DNA from: Polynucleobacter necessarius
Lineage (GTDB): Bacteria > Pseudomonadota > Gammaproteobacteria > Burkholderiales > Burkholderiaceae
Direction: 5' to 3'
Assembly (NCBI RefSeq): GCF_900095195.1
Contig: NZ_LT606950.1
Location: 486,164 to 518,163, forward strand
Length of the DNA stretch: 32,000 nt
The notes beneath the pieces were generated by a model that was not told where the DNA came from, did not search any database, and saw nothing but the letters and a program-made list of their open reading frames with translations. Positions 1 through 8,880 of the stretch are shown in pieces (the stretch's first letter is position 1; every line of letters begins with the position of its first letter). A program made the position numbers and the translations under genes.

Positions 1-463
1 TCAACCAAACACCCTTGACCCAGTTGGCAAGTCCACAGATAACCGCAAAGACCAGAACGGCAACTAGAAAAGTAGTAGAACCATATCCCCAAGCATAGGG
101 ATCAACCATACCAACCCCGAGCGCGAAAGGATAAAAGCCTAAAGCAATCAGACTAATACTGAAAGAAAAGGCCATGGGGGTTTTTGAAGGTTTTGGAAGT
201 AACGTGCTCCAGAGTAATAGCATCGTTACGACACTCAAATCACCGATCACTCCTCTCACATACGCAGCCAAAGGAAGCTCTAGTGATAAACCCAAAGGCC
301 AGAAAAAGAGGTTTACCAAAACGAGCAACAAAAATACTTTAGCAAGAGAAGGAAAGGCTTTCTGAGAAATTTTCTGCAAAAGCCAGATGATGACTACCCC
401 ACAACTAATTGCCACTTCGCCCAAGGCAATAGCTTGCGAAATCGAGTGCATTTGGATATTCAT
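1..463 (-). CDS. Hypothetical polytopic membrane protein (3' end runs off the window)
   Basis: My own minus-strand translation: ATG at 463-461, then open to position 2 (at least 154 codons, no stop). Strongly hydrophobic (MNIQMHSISQAIALGEVAISCGVVIIWLL...TTFLVAVLVFAVICGLANW). The start overlaps the stop of the upstream BNR gene as ATGA (460-463). It is absent from the ORF track because it has no stop inside the window. No family recognised. Confidence 0.55.
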   Translation of the reverse strand, partial: MNIQMHSISQAIALGEVAISCGVVIIWLLQKISQKAFPSLAKVFLLLVLVNLFFWPLGLSLELPLAAYVRGVIGDLSVVTMLLLWSTLLPKPSKTPMAFSFSISLIALGFYPFALGVGMVDPYAWGYGSTTFLVAVLVFAVICGLANWVKGVWL

Positions 464-1740
464 TTTGAAGACTCCTTTGCGCTTTCATCTGGAGCATTTT
501 GATCTTGCGGCAATTGACCAAAGGTACGCTTTAGCCAAGCACTGGGAAAATAGATATGGCGGATTTTTTTACGATCCCAGGTATATACCAAATGCGCATC
601 ATGACCATTGCTTGAAATGAGGTATGGGTACGAAAATTCTTTGCGCTCTTGATCCGGTAATGCCTCATCGTTTTCAAGCGTCTCCACCACATGCCATTGG
701 TTGGATTGCGGATGATTCATTAAGAGCACTAAGCGGTGTCGCCCTGCTTCAATATTATTGAGCACCAAAATACGAGCACTATTCTGCAGCTTTAATGTGG
801 CAATTGCCGAATTGGGATTGGCTATTTCCAAATCCGCGGCAGGCTGCCATGCTTGACCAGCATTTTGTGTCTCACCCATCGGAATCTGCTTGGGCATGCC
901 AGCACTACGTGTTTGGCGAAAATAAGCTGTTGCATCCTGAGGCCCATTGACAAAAACAGCTGGTTGAATGGCTCCTCGACCAGAACTCATACGGCGCTTA
1001 TCCATCACCTGCGCACCTTCGATCCACAGAAACTCTCCAAAACGGCCAATCCATTCATGATAGGCCGGCAATCCTAAGCGGCCATCCACAAATGTCAGTG
1101 CGGGTGACTTCACTAGCGTACTGAGATTGATCAGGGGTGACGTTATTAACCGCTTCGGCCTGCCCCACGTTAAACCATCGTCATCTGAAATGATGGTCGA
1201 AATTGAGCTACCCGCCCAACCACCAATCGATACCGTCACAAAGAATAATTGCAAACGACCATCAGCCATCCGCGCTGGCACAGGATTGCCCAATTTAGCG
1301 ATGTAACGTGACAAACCATTTTCTGCTGATACACGATCAATCACCACCGTTGGCGCTGCCCAAGCATTCGACTTTGTGTCATAAACGGCTGTATTAATCA
1401 CGACATCTGCAGCGCCCTCCCTGCTTCCAGCAAACCAAAATGCCCGCACATTACCATCACTGAGTGCAATGATTGAGGCGGCATGAACAGATGCCGCTCC
1501 AGTATCCGGCAACCAATCTGCCCGCAGGCCTGGAACGGATGGATTTACAGCCGTTTTTGATTTTGCTAAAGAGGGATTGGCTTGCTTTACTTCTGGGGTG
1601 ATATCTTTATCCGCATCCGTATTTGCATTTACAGAAACTTCGCTGGTTTGAAATGGGGCCCAAGCAGGTCGGCCATCAATATGAATAAAACCAAGCACTG
1701 CGGCAAGCAATAAAAAACAAAGTGCTATTACACGACTCAT
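460..1740 (-). CDS. BNR/Asp-box repeat protein of the sialidase beta-propeller fold, N-terminal signal-anchor, predicted extracytoplasmic
   Basis: ORF 460..1746(-). Hydrophobic N-terminus (RVIALCFLLLAAVLGFI). One clear Asp-box S-x-D-x-G-x-T-W (SDDDGLTWG). Overall resemblance to proteobacterial proteins annotated exo-alpha-sialidase/BNR. I prefer the ATG at 1740 (ATGA overlap with the upstream stop 1737-1739) over the GTG at 1746. Confidence 0.7.
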   Translation of the reverse strand: MSRVIALCFLLLAAVLGFIHIDGRPAWAPFQTSEVSVNANTDADKDITPEVKQANPSLAKSKTAVNPSVPGLRADWLPDTGAASVHAASIIALSDGNVRAFWFAGSREGAADVVINTAVYDTKSNAWAAPTVVIDRVSAENGLSRYIAKLGNPVPARMADGRLQLFFVTVSIGGWAGSSISTIISDDDGLTWGRPKRLITSPLINLSTLVKSPALTFVDGRLGLPAYHEWIGRFGEFLWIEGAQVMDKRRMSSGRGAIQPAVFVNGPQDATAYFRQTRSAGMPKQIPMGETQNAGQAWQPAADLEIANPNSAIATLKLQNSARILVLNNIEAGRHRLVLLMNHPQSNQWHVVETLENDEALPDQERKEFSYPYLISSNGHDAHLVYTWDRKKIRHIYFPSAWLKRTFGQLPQDQNAPDESAKESSK

Positions 1741-3458
1741 CGACACGCATCCTTCACATTCAATACATCAGCGTTTGATGCTGGCGTTGCAATTAAGTAT
1801 TCCATCACAAAAAGGTGTTCACCCACTTGCCCCATTAGCATGGCTTTTATTTCGTCATTGGAATGGCGGGCTCTCATCTCCATTCGTTGTCCAACAATCT
1901 GGCAAGATTCACAAATGGCTGGTAATGTCCCAACAGGCGTGTGCACAGCAACGATGGGGTAGGCTTTGGTGAGAACCTCGAGATTGCTCGCATCTTTAGC
2001 AAGGTAGCCATGAAGTTGTGCGCCCGGCAGAAGCAATCGATACTCCTCGTCTTTAGCTCGATAGTCACAGGGAATCCACACCTCTTTGCCCTGGACCTGT
2101 GCAATCGTCTGCGCAGAAAAACGACCCAATTGCCCCTCCAACGGACTAAGGCTGCTTGTTAAAGCGCAGTAGCTGAGAAAACATCCAATGAGCGCCAATG
2201 CTTTGGTTTGATTTTTTCTGAATAGTCCGATCACCACTAATACAAAAGCAATGATCATCAACCACCAATGGATGGGAAGATATGTCCAAGATCCCGCATC
2301 TCCCATGAGGTCTGACATTTTTAGATTAAAGGCAATCCAACTCAGGGCCGCCAAAATTATTCCCTGCAATACCAAGGCAATTCTAAATCCCCATAAGGGC
2401 AATTGCTCCCAATGTATAGCAATGAGCGCCGCAAATGCAGGCATCACCGGAAGTAAATAACGACCAGAACGTTGGCTTGGCAAACTAAAAACAATAAAGA
2501 ATGCAGCGATCAGCAGCAAAAGCAATACTTCTTCAGCATTTAAAAAACGTCGTCCCTTCCAGCATTGTAGGAGCGTTAAAATCAAGACAAACGTCAAGAG
2601 TCCTGCATTTGCTAAAGAGGTTACGATCAACATCCAAATACTGTCGCCACCCCATACTAAGTCCAACAAATAGTTAGAACTGCGAGCAGCAAATTTGCCG
2701 GCGTTTTCGCCTAATACGAACTCTCTCCAAACCGCATCTGGCTGTGGATCTAGAACAAACCACAAACTGAAAACACCCAATGCCAGCAGAACGATCAGAA
2801 TCAATTTGTACAGATCCCGAATGAGCGTTTGCGGGATGCTCCACTGGCGCAAATTCCAGTAATACAATCCCAGCGCTAACGATCCAGGAACAATATACGC
2901 AAAGGATTTTGCAAACAGCGCCAGACCAAAACAAAGGCCCGCAAACAGTGGAAAGAGAAATTTCGACTCAAAAGTGCTTTTACCCCAATGCAACAGAGCT
3001 AAAAATGGAGCTGTTAACCAGAATACTTCTGGAGGATCTGTTAAAAAGGGTCGCCCATAACGATATGTCGCAAAAAAAGAGAGCCAGACCAAGGCTGCTA
3101 ATGCCCCCGTTTGCGATTTGCCACTAAAACGACGTACCGCCAAAAATAGTAAGAAAGCAGTCAAACCGGTATAGAGAACATTAGGCCAACGCAGGTTCGC
3201 TAAAGTCCATTCGTTTGCCCAACCGGTACTCACAATACCCTGCCAAAAAATCAAGGGTGGCTTGGTATTTTTAATGCCGTCCATCTCAGACTGGAGTGGC
3301 AGCCAATTGCCAGACTCAGCCGTCATGCGAACAATGTGCATATAGGGATACTCATCCCCGTTTTTAGGTGCAAAGCGGCTATCTAAACCATATAAATAGG
3401 AAAAGACCGCCAAAACTAGCGCCAAAAGTGCATACCGCAGAGTAAATGAGCCTCGCAT
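1737..3458 (-). CDS. GT-C fold glycosyltransferase, ArnT/PMT-like (GT39/GT83 type)
   Basis: 573-aa ORF with many hydrophobic segments. It has an Asp-Glu pair in the first predicted extracytoplasmic loop (KNGDEYPYMH), as in ArnT/PMT-family enzymes, and a soluble C-terminal domain. First gene of the ATGA-coupled trio. Confidence 0.7.
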   Translation of the reverse strand: MRGSFTLRYALLALVLAVFSYLYGLDSRFAPKNGDEYPYMHIVRMTAESGNWLPLQSEMDGIKNTKPPLIFWQGIVSTGWANEWTLANLRWPNVLYTGLTAFLLFLAVRRFSGKSQTGALAALVWLSFFATYRYGRPFLTDPPEVFWLTAPFLALLHWGKSTFESKFLFPLFAGLCFGLALFAKSFAYIVPGSLALGLYYWNLRQWSIPQTLIRDLYKLILIVLLALGVFSLWFVLDPQPDAVWREFVLGENAGKFAARSSNYLLDLVWGGDSIWMLIVTSLANAGLLTFVLILTLLQCWKGRRFLNAEEVLLLLLIAAFFIVFSLPSQRSGRYLLPVMPAFAALIAIHWEQLPLWGFRIALVLQGIILAALSWIAFNLKMSDLMGDAGSWTYLPIHWWLMIIAFVLVVIGLFRKNQTKALALIGCFLSYCALTSSLSPLEGQLGRFSAQTIAQVQGKEVWIPCDYRAKDEEYRLLLPGAQLHGYLAKDASNLEVLTKAYPIVAVHTPVGTLPAICESCQIVGQRMEMRARHSNDEIKAMLMGQVGEHLFVMEYLIATPASNADVLNVKDACR

Positions 3459-3650
3459 GCCTATAGTTTATAGGCTCAGGAGGGCTGCCCCAGAAATACC
3501 CACTAAGTACGGTCTATACACTTTTTGTTATTTACTTAGCAGAAATCCATCTGAACCCGATAGTCCAGGCCAATACATTCTTGGTTAAGATACGGTAAGA
3601 AAAATCGTCAGACATGTTTTATGCCATTAACAACATCGGAGATCATTCCA

Positions 3651-3983
3651 ATGCGAATCCTCCAACTGAAAACAGCCCTAGTACTAAGCAGTTTTCTGTC
3701 CGTTGCAATCCCACCAAATCTCACGCATGCTCAATCAACAGATGCGACCAAGCTCTATCATCGCGGCTTAGCAGCAACTTGCGCGAACTGTCATGGCTCC
3801 GATGGCAATGGAGTACTTAATGGCGGCATGCCACTGATCAACAATTTGACTAGCGAGCAAATTCTGGCGCAACTAAAGGCATTCAAATCAGGTGCTCGCG
3901 AAGGCACGATCATGCCGCAATTAGCCAAAGGCTATACAGATGAGCAACTCGAAATCATCGCCAATCAACTTGGCAAGAAATAA
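3651..3983 (+). CDS. Monohaem c-type cytochrome, FccA/SoxE-like partner of the downstream flavoprotein
   Basis: Single CxxCH haem site (CANCH). Signal peptide MRILQLKTALVLSSFLSVAIPPNLTHA. GGAG lies 9 nt upstream of the ATG at 3651, which I prefer to the ORF-track start at 3621. The gene ends 10 nt before the flavoprotein gene. Confidence 0.75.
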   Translation: MRILQLKTALVLSSFLSVAIPPNLTHAQSTDATKLYHRGLAATCANCHGSDGNGVLNGGMPLINNLTSEQILAQLKAFKSGAREGTIMPQLAKGYTDEQLEIIANQLGKK

Positions 3984-3993
3984 TTAGGAGATC

Positions 3994-5271
3994 ATGATGG
4001 ATCGTCGACATTTTATTGGCCACAGCGCCGCTGCAATCGGTTTAGCTGCTGGCTTCTCTGGGCAAGCGCGCGCCAATCTTCAAAAAGCTGAAATTTTGGT
4101 GATAGGTGGAGGTTATGGCGGTGCAACTGCTGCCAAGTATTTGCGTCTTTTTTCAAACAATACCGCCAAGGTCACATTAATTGAGCCTAACGCATCTTTT
4201 ATTTCCTGCCCACTATCAAATCTCGTAGTGGGAGGATCGCGAACATTGACGGAACTTACTAGTCCTTACGATAACCTCAGCAAACGCCATGGCATCAAAA
4301 TTATTCAGGATAGCGTTACTAGTATTGATCCCGATAAAAAAACCGTGAAACTTGCTTCAGGCAAAACACTGCCATACGATAAGGTTGTAGTCTCTCCAGG
4401 AATCAGTTTGCTATTTAATAGCATTGATGGTTTAGCACAAGCCAACAAAGCCGGGGTGACATTGCAAGCATGGAAAGCCGGTCCCGAGACCGTTGCCCTC
4501 CACAAACAGCTTGCGGCGATTCGTGATGGTGGAACATATGCTATTAGCATTCCAGAAGCACCCTATCGCTGCCCTCCAGGCCCTTATGAGCGTGCCTGCC
4601 AAGTGGCGAGTTTCTTCAAACAAAACAAGCCTAAATCAAAAGTATTGATCTTGGATGCAAATCAAGATGCTGTCTCCAAAGGCGCGCTATTTAAAAAGGT
4701 TTGGGCGGAACAATACTCCGGAATAGTGGAATATTTACCAAAGCACAATGTCACCGCTGTAGATGCGAAGACTAAGACCATCAAATTTGAAGTCCAAGAT
4801 GACATCAAGGCAGACGTACTCAATTTGCTACCCGCAATGAGTGCTGGTGATATTGCCGTGAAAACCGGCTTGGCAAATTCCAATGGGCGCTGGGTCAATG
4901 TCAATTACATCAACTTTAAATCCACCGCCCAAAAAGACATTCATGTATTAGGCGACGCTATTCAGGTAGCGCCACTAATGCCGAAATCGGGCCATATGGC
5001 AAATCAGCATGCTAAGGCTGCAGCAGCAGCCATTGTTGCGGAGCTTAGTGGCTGGGAAATAAATCCATCACCAGTACTCACCAATACTTGCTATAGCTTT
5101 GTGAACGCTAAAGAAGTTGTTCATGTGGCCAGCGTGCATCAGTACAACGTAACCGAGAAGACCTTTAAGACAGTTCCAGGCTCTGGCGGCGTTTCTCCCG
5201 GACCGTCCACACTGGAAGGAGTCTATGCCTGGGGATGGGCTCACAACATCTGGGCAGACACACTCGGTTGA
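3994..5271 (+). CDS. fccB: Flavocytochrome c sulfide dehydrogenase flavoprotein subunit (FccB/SoxF-like), Tat-exported
   Basis: Twin-arginine leader (MMDRRHFIGHSAAAIGLAAGFSGQARA). FAD dinucleotide fold (ILVIGGGYGGATAAKY). Family-typical FISCPLSN and PYRCPPGPYERAC motifs. AGGAG Shine-Dalgarno upstream. Confidence 0.85.
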   Translation: MMDRRHFIGHSAAAIGLAAGFSGQARANLQKAEILVIGGGYGGATAAKYLRLFSNNTAKVTLIEPNASFISCPLSNLVVGGSRTLTELTSPYDNLSKRHGIKIIQDSVTSIDPDKKTVKLASGKTLPYDKVVVSPGISLLFNSIDGLAQANKAGVTLQAWKAGPETVALHKQLAAIRDGGTYAISIPEAPYRCPPGPYERACQVASFFKQNKPKSKVLILDANQDAVSKGALFKKVWAEQYSGIVEYLPKHNVTAVDAKTKTIKFEVQDDIKADVLNLLPAMSAGDIAVKTGLANSNGRWVNVNYINFKSTAQKDIHVLGDAIQVAPLMPKSGHMANQHAKAAAAAIVAELSGWEINPSPVLTNTCYSFVNAKEVVHVASVHQYNVTEKTFKTVPGSGGVSPGPSTLEGVYAWGWAHNIWADTLG

Positions 5272-5303
5272 CGCAGATCAATACTTACAAAAAGGGGCTA
5301 ACT

Positions 5304-5544
5304 AACCTCTTTTTTATTGCTTTACTAAGTGAGATACCTATACTGACCATATCCCGTCCGATTTTTGATCTACGTTGCCATCACTGCCGTAACACGCTTA
5401 ATCATTGATTTAGTGAATACCAAGCATGAAGCAGATATGGCGATTCTATTGATGGGCGTCATCATTCTCGTACTGGCATTAGCTAATGCTGTCGTTCGCT
5501 ACGCCTCCTTTAAATTTCCCAGCAGACATAGCGAAAACGAATAA
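5304..5544 (+). pseudogene. psiE: PsiE (phosphate-starvation-inducible membrane protein) 3' remnant
   Basis: Frame from 5347 reads PYPVRFLIYVAITAVTRLIIDLVNTKHEADMAILLMGVIILVLALANAVV. This matches my recollection of the E. coli PsiE C-terminus ([43 protein letters not shown]). A weaker upstream match (NLFFIALL, compare YFEFIALIV) lies in another frame (5304-5345), implying a frameshift. The N-terminal part, roughly 55-60 aa, has no room: fccB ends at 5271. Confidence 0.5.
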
Positions 5545-5557
5545 CTACAGGTCTGGA

Positions 5558-6823
5558 TCAACCCCAGCGTCGAACTGATAGGAGTGCACCCCTATTTAGA
5601 CAGCTGCGCACATAGTCAATGCTCGTGCGCAGCGCGTAATAGTCACTTGCCAGGCGCTTTGAAACGTTAATATTAAGAGCCTGGTACTCAAAAAGATCCA
5701 ATCTTTTAAGATACTCATCCTGCTTTGATTGATCAAAGTTGGTCAACAACTCTTGCTCAAATGCCTTTAACTCTCCATAAAGACGGTTAATTTTGTTGTA
5801 CATCCTTCGCGTTCTGAAACTTGGCAAAACTTGCAGAGCGGGATAAGCAACGACCAAGAAAGGTAGCAATATAAATATCAAGCGGTTGATTAATTCTGCC
5901 AACCAAAATGGAAAATACGAAGTGATTAGTGGGTAGCGATTTTTTTCATAATGAATGGCTACAGGGCTCTCGGGCAACAAAGAATCTTTAAAAGAGGGGA
6001 GCTCCCCTTTCTTGGTAAAGAATGACTCTCGGCCATTAATTTCTCGCGCAGCCTCTAAAAATAAAAATTGAATGGCTGGATGCATCCGATCATCAATTAA
6101 CAAATTCGTGGTAGTTGCTACTAGCTTTATATCTTCATTCGGAAAATTTTGCTCCAAACTAAAAGATCCTTCTGGGACCTTCAATATTTGCAAATACGGA
6201 ATAAGCTTCGCAAAGGCCTCTGCTCGTCTAAACGTAATTAAATGCAATGTGGGATCAGTCAATAACGCTTGAATGTTGGGCGCCTCAAATGCATCTACGA
6301 TAAAAGCGGCATCTATCTCACCGCCCTTGAGGGCTTTGACAGCCTGATCTCCAGGGAGCTCCAACAATTGCAGATTGGTACGATCTAAACCGGACACCTT
6401 GAGAATGCGCATCGCCTGGGCATGGGTACCACTTCCCTCAACGCCCACCGATATTTTGCGATTCGCAAAATATTTGGAATGTCCTTGAATTACTTCAAAA
6501 TCGGCTCGATTAACTTCAGCGCCTCGATAAAAAAACCAAGTGGGATCGTACCCAATCGCGCCCAAGGACTGAATACCAGTAGTGGTTTTAGGGTGAGCAA
6601 CGCCGGCTTGGACAAAAGCTGCTTGAACAGGATCATTGCGGTCACTTAAGCGGGAAAGATTTTCTTGAGCGCCGTTGGTTGGCATTAGCTCAAGAGTGAC
6701 TCCTTTCTTAGCAAAGAAGTCAGCGTATTTCTTGCCCAATGCCTCATAGGAGCCGCCAGACAATCCGGTTGCTAGAATGACATGCCTTGGTGGTGGATCC
6801 GCATACCACCAGATACCCATCAC
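5558..6823 (-). CDS. TAXI-family TRAP transporter solute-binding protein (long form with C-terminal membrane/coiled region)
   Basis: VILATGLSGGSYEALGKKYADFFAKKGVTLELMPTNGAQENLSRL and the rest of the NMT1/TAXI fold. A hydrophobic segment lies near the C-terminus (LIFILLPFLVVAYPALQVL). The start is a GTG and the N-terminus looks short for this subfamily, so the start is uncertain. Confidence 0.75.
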   Translation of the reverse strand: MMGIWWYADPPPRHVILATGLSGGSYEALGKKYADFFAKKGVTLELMPTNGAQENLSRLSDRNDPVQAAFVQAGVAHPKTTTGIQSLGAIGYDPTWFFYRGAEVNRADFEVIQGHSKYFANRKISVGVEGSGTHAQAMRILKVSGLDRTNLQLLELPGDQAVKALKGGEIDAAFIVDAFEAPNIQALLTDPTLHLITFRRAEAFAKLIPYLQILKVPEGSFSLEQNFPNEDIKLVATTTNLLIDDRMHPAIQFLFLEAAREINGRESFFTKKGELPSFKDSLLPESPVAIHYEKNRYPLITSYFPFWLAELINRLIFILLPFLVVAYPALQVLPSFRTRRMYNKINRLYGELKAFEQELLTNFDQSKQDEYLKRLDLFEYQALNINVSKRLASDYYALRTSIDYVRSCLNRGALLSVRRWG

Positions 6824-7030
6824 AAAGTATTCGCGAAAGCTTTTTAGGTCTTGCTGAAACTGTTCAGAAGAAGTGGTCTGACTTTATATAGTTTTTACAA
6901 GAAGCTTGGCCATTACTTATTTTATTGCTCATGTTTATTTAAAACTTGCCATGAGCCATTACCATGCAAATATCGCAAAAGCCAATGATAATATTCTTAT
7001 GAATAATCAGTACAAGATCTAGATTTAAAT

Positions 7031-7753
7031 ATGCAATTTCTTAGAAAATCCCACGACAGGGGCTATGCCGATCATGGCTGGCTAAAGAGCTTTCACTCAT
7101 TCTCCTTTGCTAGTTACCATGATCCCCGCTTTATGGGTTTGGGGAATCTTCGCGTGATTAATGAAGATCGCATAGCCCCTGAAATGGGCTTTGGCAAACA
7201 TGGCCACCGTAATATGGAAATTATCAGTTATGTATTGTCAGGTGAGTTAGCACATCAAGATAGCATGGGTAACATTAAAGGCATTCCGCCTGGTGATGTG
7301 CAACGCATGAGTGCTGGCACGGGCGTTACCCATAGTGAGTTCAACCACGCAAAAGATCAAACAACCCATTTTCTACAAATTTGGATTGAACCAAACGTTC
7401 TGGAGATAGCGCCAAGCTATGAACAAAAAACGATTCCTTCTGCTAACAAAATTGGCAAACTTTGCTTAGTGGCCTCGCCGGATGGGGAGGCCAAATCCGT
7501 ATCAATATCAGCAGATGCAAAAATGTATGCGGGCTTATTTAACGGGAATCAATCAGCAGAGTTGACATTAAATCCGCAACGTAAAGCCTATGTTCATTTA
7601 ATCAGCGGATCTATTCATGTGAATGGCCAAATTCTGCATGGTGGAGATGCGCTAATGACTCAAGAAGAAAATCGCTTAACCATCTCCAATAGAAAAGACG
7701 CCGAGGTATTGGTATTTACCTCAGCGCCTAATCTCCTTGCCCATAAGGCTTAA
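7031..7753 (+). CDS. Pirin-family protein (YhhW-like bicupin, quercetinase-type)
   Basis: Collinear with E. coli YhhW as I recall it: RKSHDRGYADHGWLKSFHSFSFASYHDP, metal ligands in GKHGHRNME and GVTHSEFN, and QIWIEP. A possible extended -10 (TGATAATAT, 6986-6994) lies upstream. Confidence 0.85.
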   Translation: MQFLRKSHDRGYADHGWLKSFHSFSFASYHDPRFMGLGNLRVINEDRIAPEMGFGKHGHRNMEIISYVLSGELAHQDSMGNIKGIPPGDVQRMSAGTGVTHSEFNHAKDQTTHFLQIWIEPNVLEIAPSYEQKTIPSANKIGKLCLVASPDGEAKSVSISADAKMYAGLFNGNQSAELTLNPQRKAYVHLISGSIHVNGQILHGGDALMTQEENRLTISNRKDAEVLVFTSAPNLLAHKA

Positions 7754-8275
7754 TCAAGCCTTATCTTTGCCTTTTCAATCACTGCTTTCCAACGAGCAAT
7801 GTCGGAAAATATAAGTCTGAAAATTGTTGGGTGTTCATGGGAGCTATTTGCACGCCGGCTTTTTGGAACCGCTCTTTCATTTCTGGCGTATCCAATATTT
7901 CCAAAATGGAATTATTTAATCCCCTGATGATTAATTGAGGCGTCACGCTGGCACAAATACCCCTTGCCATAGAGCCATCTCATAGCCTTTGACGCCCGCC
8001 TCTTGCATCGTCACCAATTCAGGTGCGCCGCTGAAACGATTTTTACTAGTCACAGCTTAATGCTTTTACCTTGTCGCCTTTGCGCAAGGGAAGGCCAACA
8101 GGCATTCCGGCAAAGTAAAAATCAATTTGACCGCCAACTAAGTCGGTCGCTGCAGGTGATCCACCTTTATACGGAATGTGAATCCTGTGGTTGCCAAAAG
8201 CAACTCACCAGCCATATGATCCGAGTTGCCAATTCCTGAAGAACCAAAACTTAACTTACCGGGATCTGCTTTTAA
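7754..8275 (-). pseudogene. Bug/TctC-family periplasmic binding protein, fragment B (mid-region to C-terminus, multiply frameshifted)
   Basis: Minus-strand pieces in different frames: SVLIALLKADPGKLSFGSSGIGNSDHMAGELLLATTG / IHIPYKGGSPAATDLVGGQIDFYFAGMPV / VTSKNRFSGAPELVTMQEAGVKGYEMALWQGVFVPA / VTPQLIIRGLNNSILEILDTPEMKERFQKAGVQIAPMNTQQF / SDIARWKAVIEKAKIRLD*. At least three frame changes. The final stop (7754-7756) abuts the pirin stop (7751-7753). Confidence 0.8.
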
Positions 8276-8820
8276 AAGTGCAATAAGAACAGATCGAACA
8301 ACTGTGATACAGCTCCAGGACCAGCATTTGCCATTGTGGCTTTAGAGCCATTCGCTTTGATGTAAGCCTCAAGCTCTTTAAAGTTATTTGGAGGAAGATC
8401 CTTTTTGCCCAGCAAGACCATTGGCACATCCGCAACCTGTCCGATGTATTCAAAATCTTTCATGGGGTCGTAGGGAAGCTTGTCATAGAGGGCATTCGCC
8501 GTTGCCATGCCCATATGGTGGATATAAATGGTGTAGCCATCCGGTGCAGCACGGGCAACCTTAGTGGATGCAATAGTGCCGCCAGCTCCCGGTACGTTCT
8601 CCACCACAACTGTTTGACCCAAAGCTTGACCCATTGGCACGGCAATTAAGCGTGCAATCGAATCTGTGGGGCCACCAGCTGCAAATGGAACAATCATTTG
8701 AATGGATTTGGTAGGTCAATTCTTTTGCGCATAAGCAGTAGTGCTAATGAGGGCGCCAGCGAATAACGCAACTGCAACACTCGCTAGAAATGTTTTTTTA
8801 ATATTCAATTTAGTCTCCAT
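8272..8820 (-). pseudogene. Bug/TctC-family periplasmic binding protein, fragment A (signal peptide to mid-region, in-frame TGA)
   Basis: ATG at 8820 gives the signal peptide METKLNIKKTFLASVAVALFAGALISTTAYAQKN. Codon 35 is TGA (8716-8718), where the family has W/Y in xWPxKxI. The same frame continues PTKSIQMIVPFAAGGPTDSIARL...VVVENVPGAGG...FKELEAYIKANGSKATMANAGPGAVSQL and stops at 8272. Confidence 0.8.
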
Positions 8821-8880
8821 ACGGTGAATTCCGAATCTAAATTTCGCCAGTTTTTTGACAAAAGTGATAAGGGTAGCCTA

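Noticed and set aside
174-620. Plus-strand ORFs 174..365 (63 aa) and 387..620 (77 aa)
   Set aside because: They are antisense to the continuous, hydrophobic, ATGA-coupled minus-strand genes (1..463 and 460..1740). They have no motifs and unremarkable composition, so they are almost certainly shadow ORFs.
3461-3475. Palindrome CCTATAGTTTATAGG just upstream of the GT-C gene start
   Set aside because: It is a short 6-bp half-site in AT-rich DNA with no second copy and no adjacent regulator gene. It cannot be distinguished from chance.
5291-5315. Possible rho-independent terminator after fccB (AAAGGGG..CCTCTTT plus T-run)
   Set aside because: The stem is only 7 bp with a G-U pair and an 8-nt loop. 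The T-run coincides with codons (LFFIAL) of the psiE-homologous remnant. This is too weak to call as a feature.
6824-6960. Possible 5' truncation or frameshift of the TAXI receptor gene
   Set aside because: The ORF starts at a GTG just before the conserved PPP-x-V-x-ATG block and seems to lack the N-terminal transmembrane anchor I associate with the long TAXI subfamily. An ATG at about 6929 (MSNKISNGQ...) lies out of frame upstream. However, the upstream translations show no convincing homology, and I cannot verify the subfamily architecture without an alignment. I left it as an intact CDS with an uncertain start.
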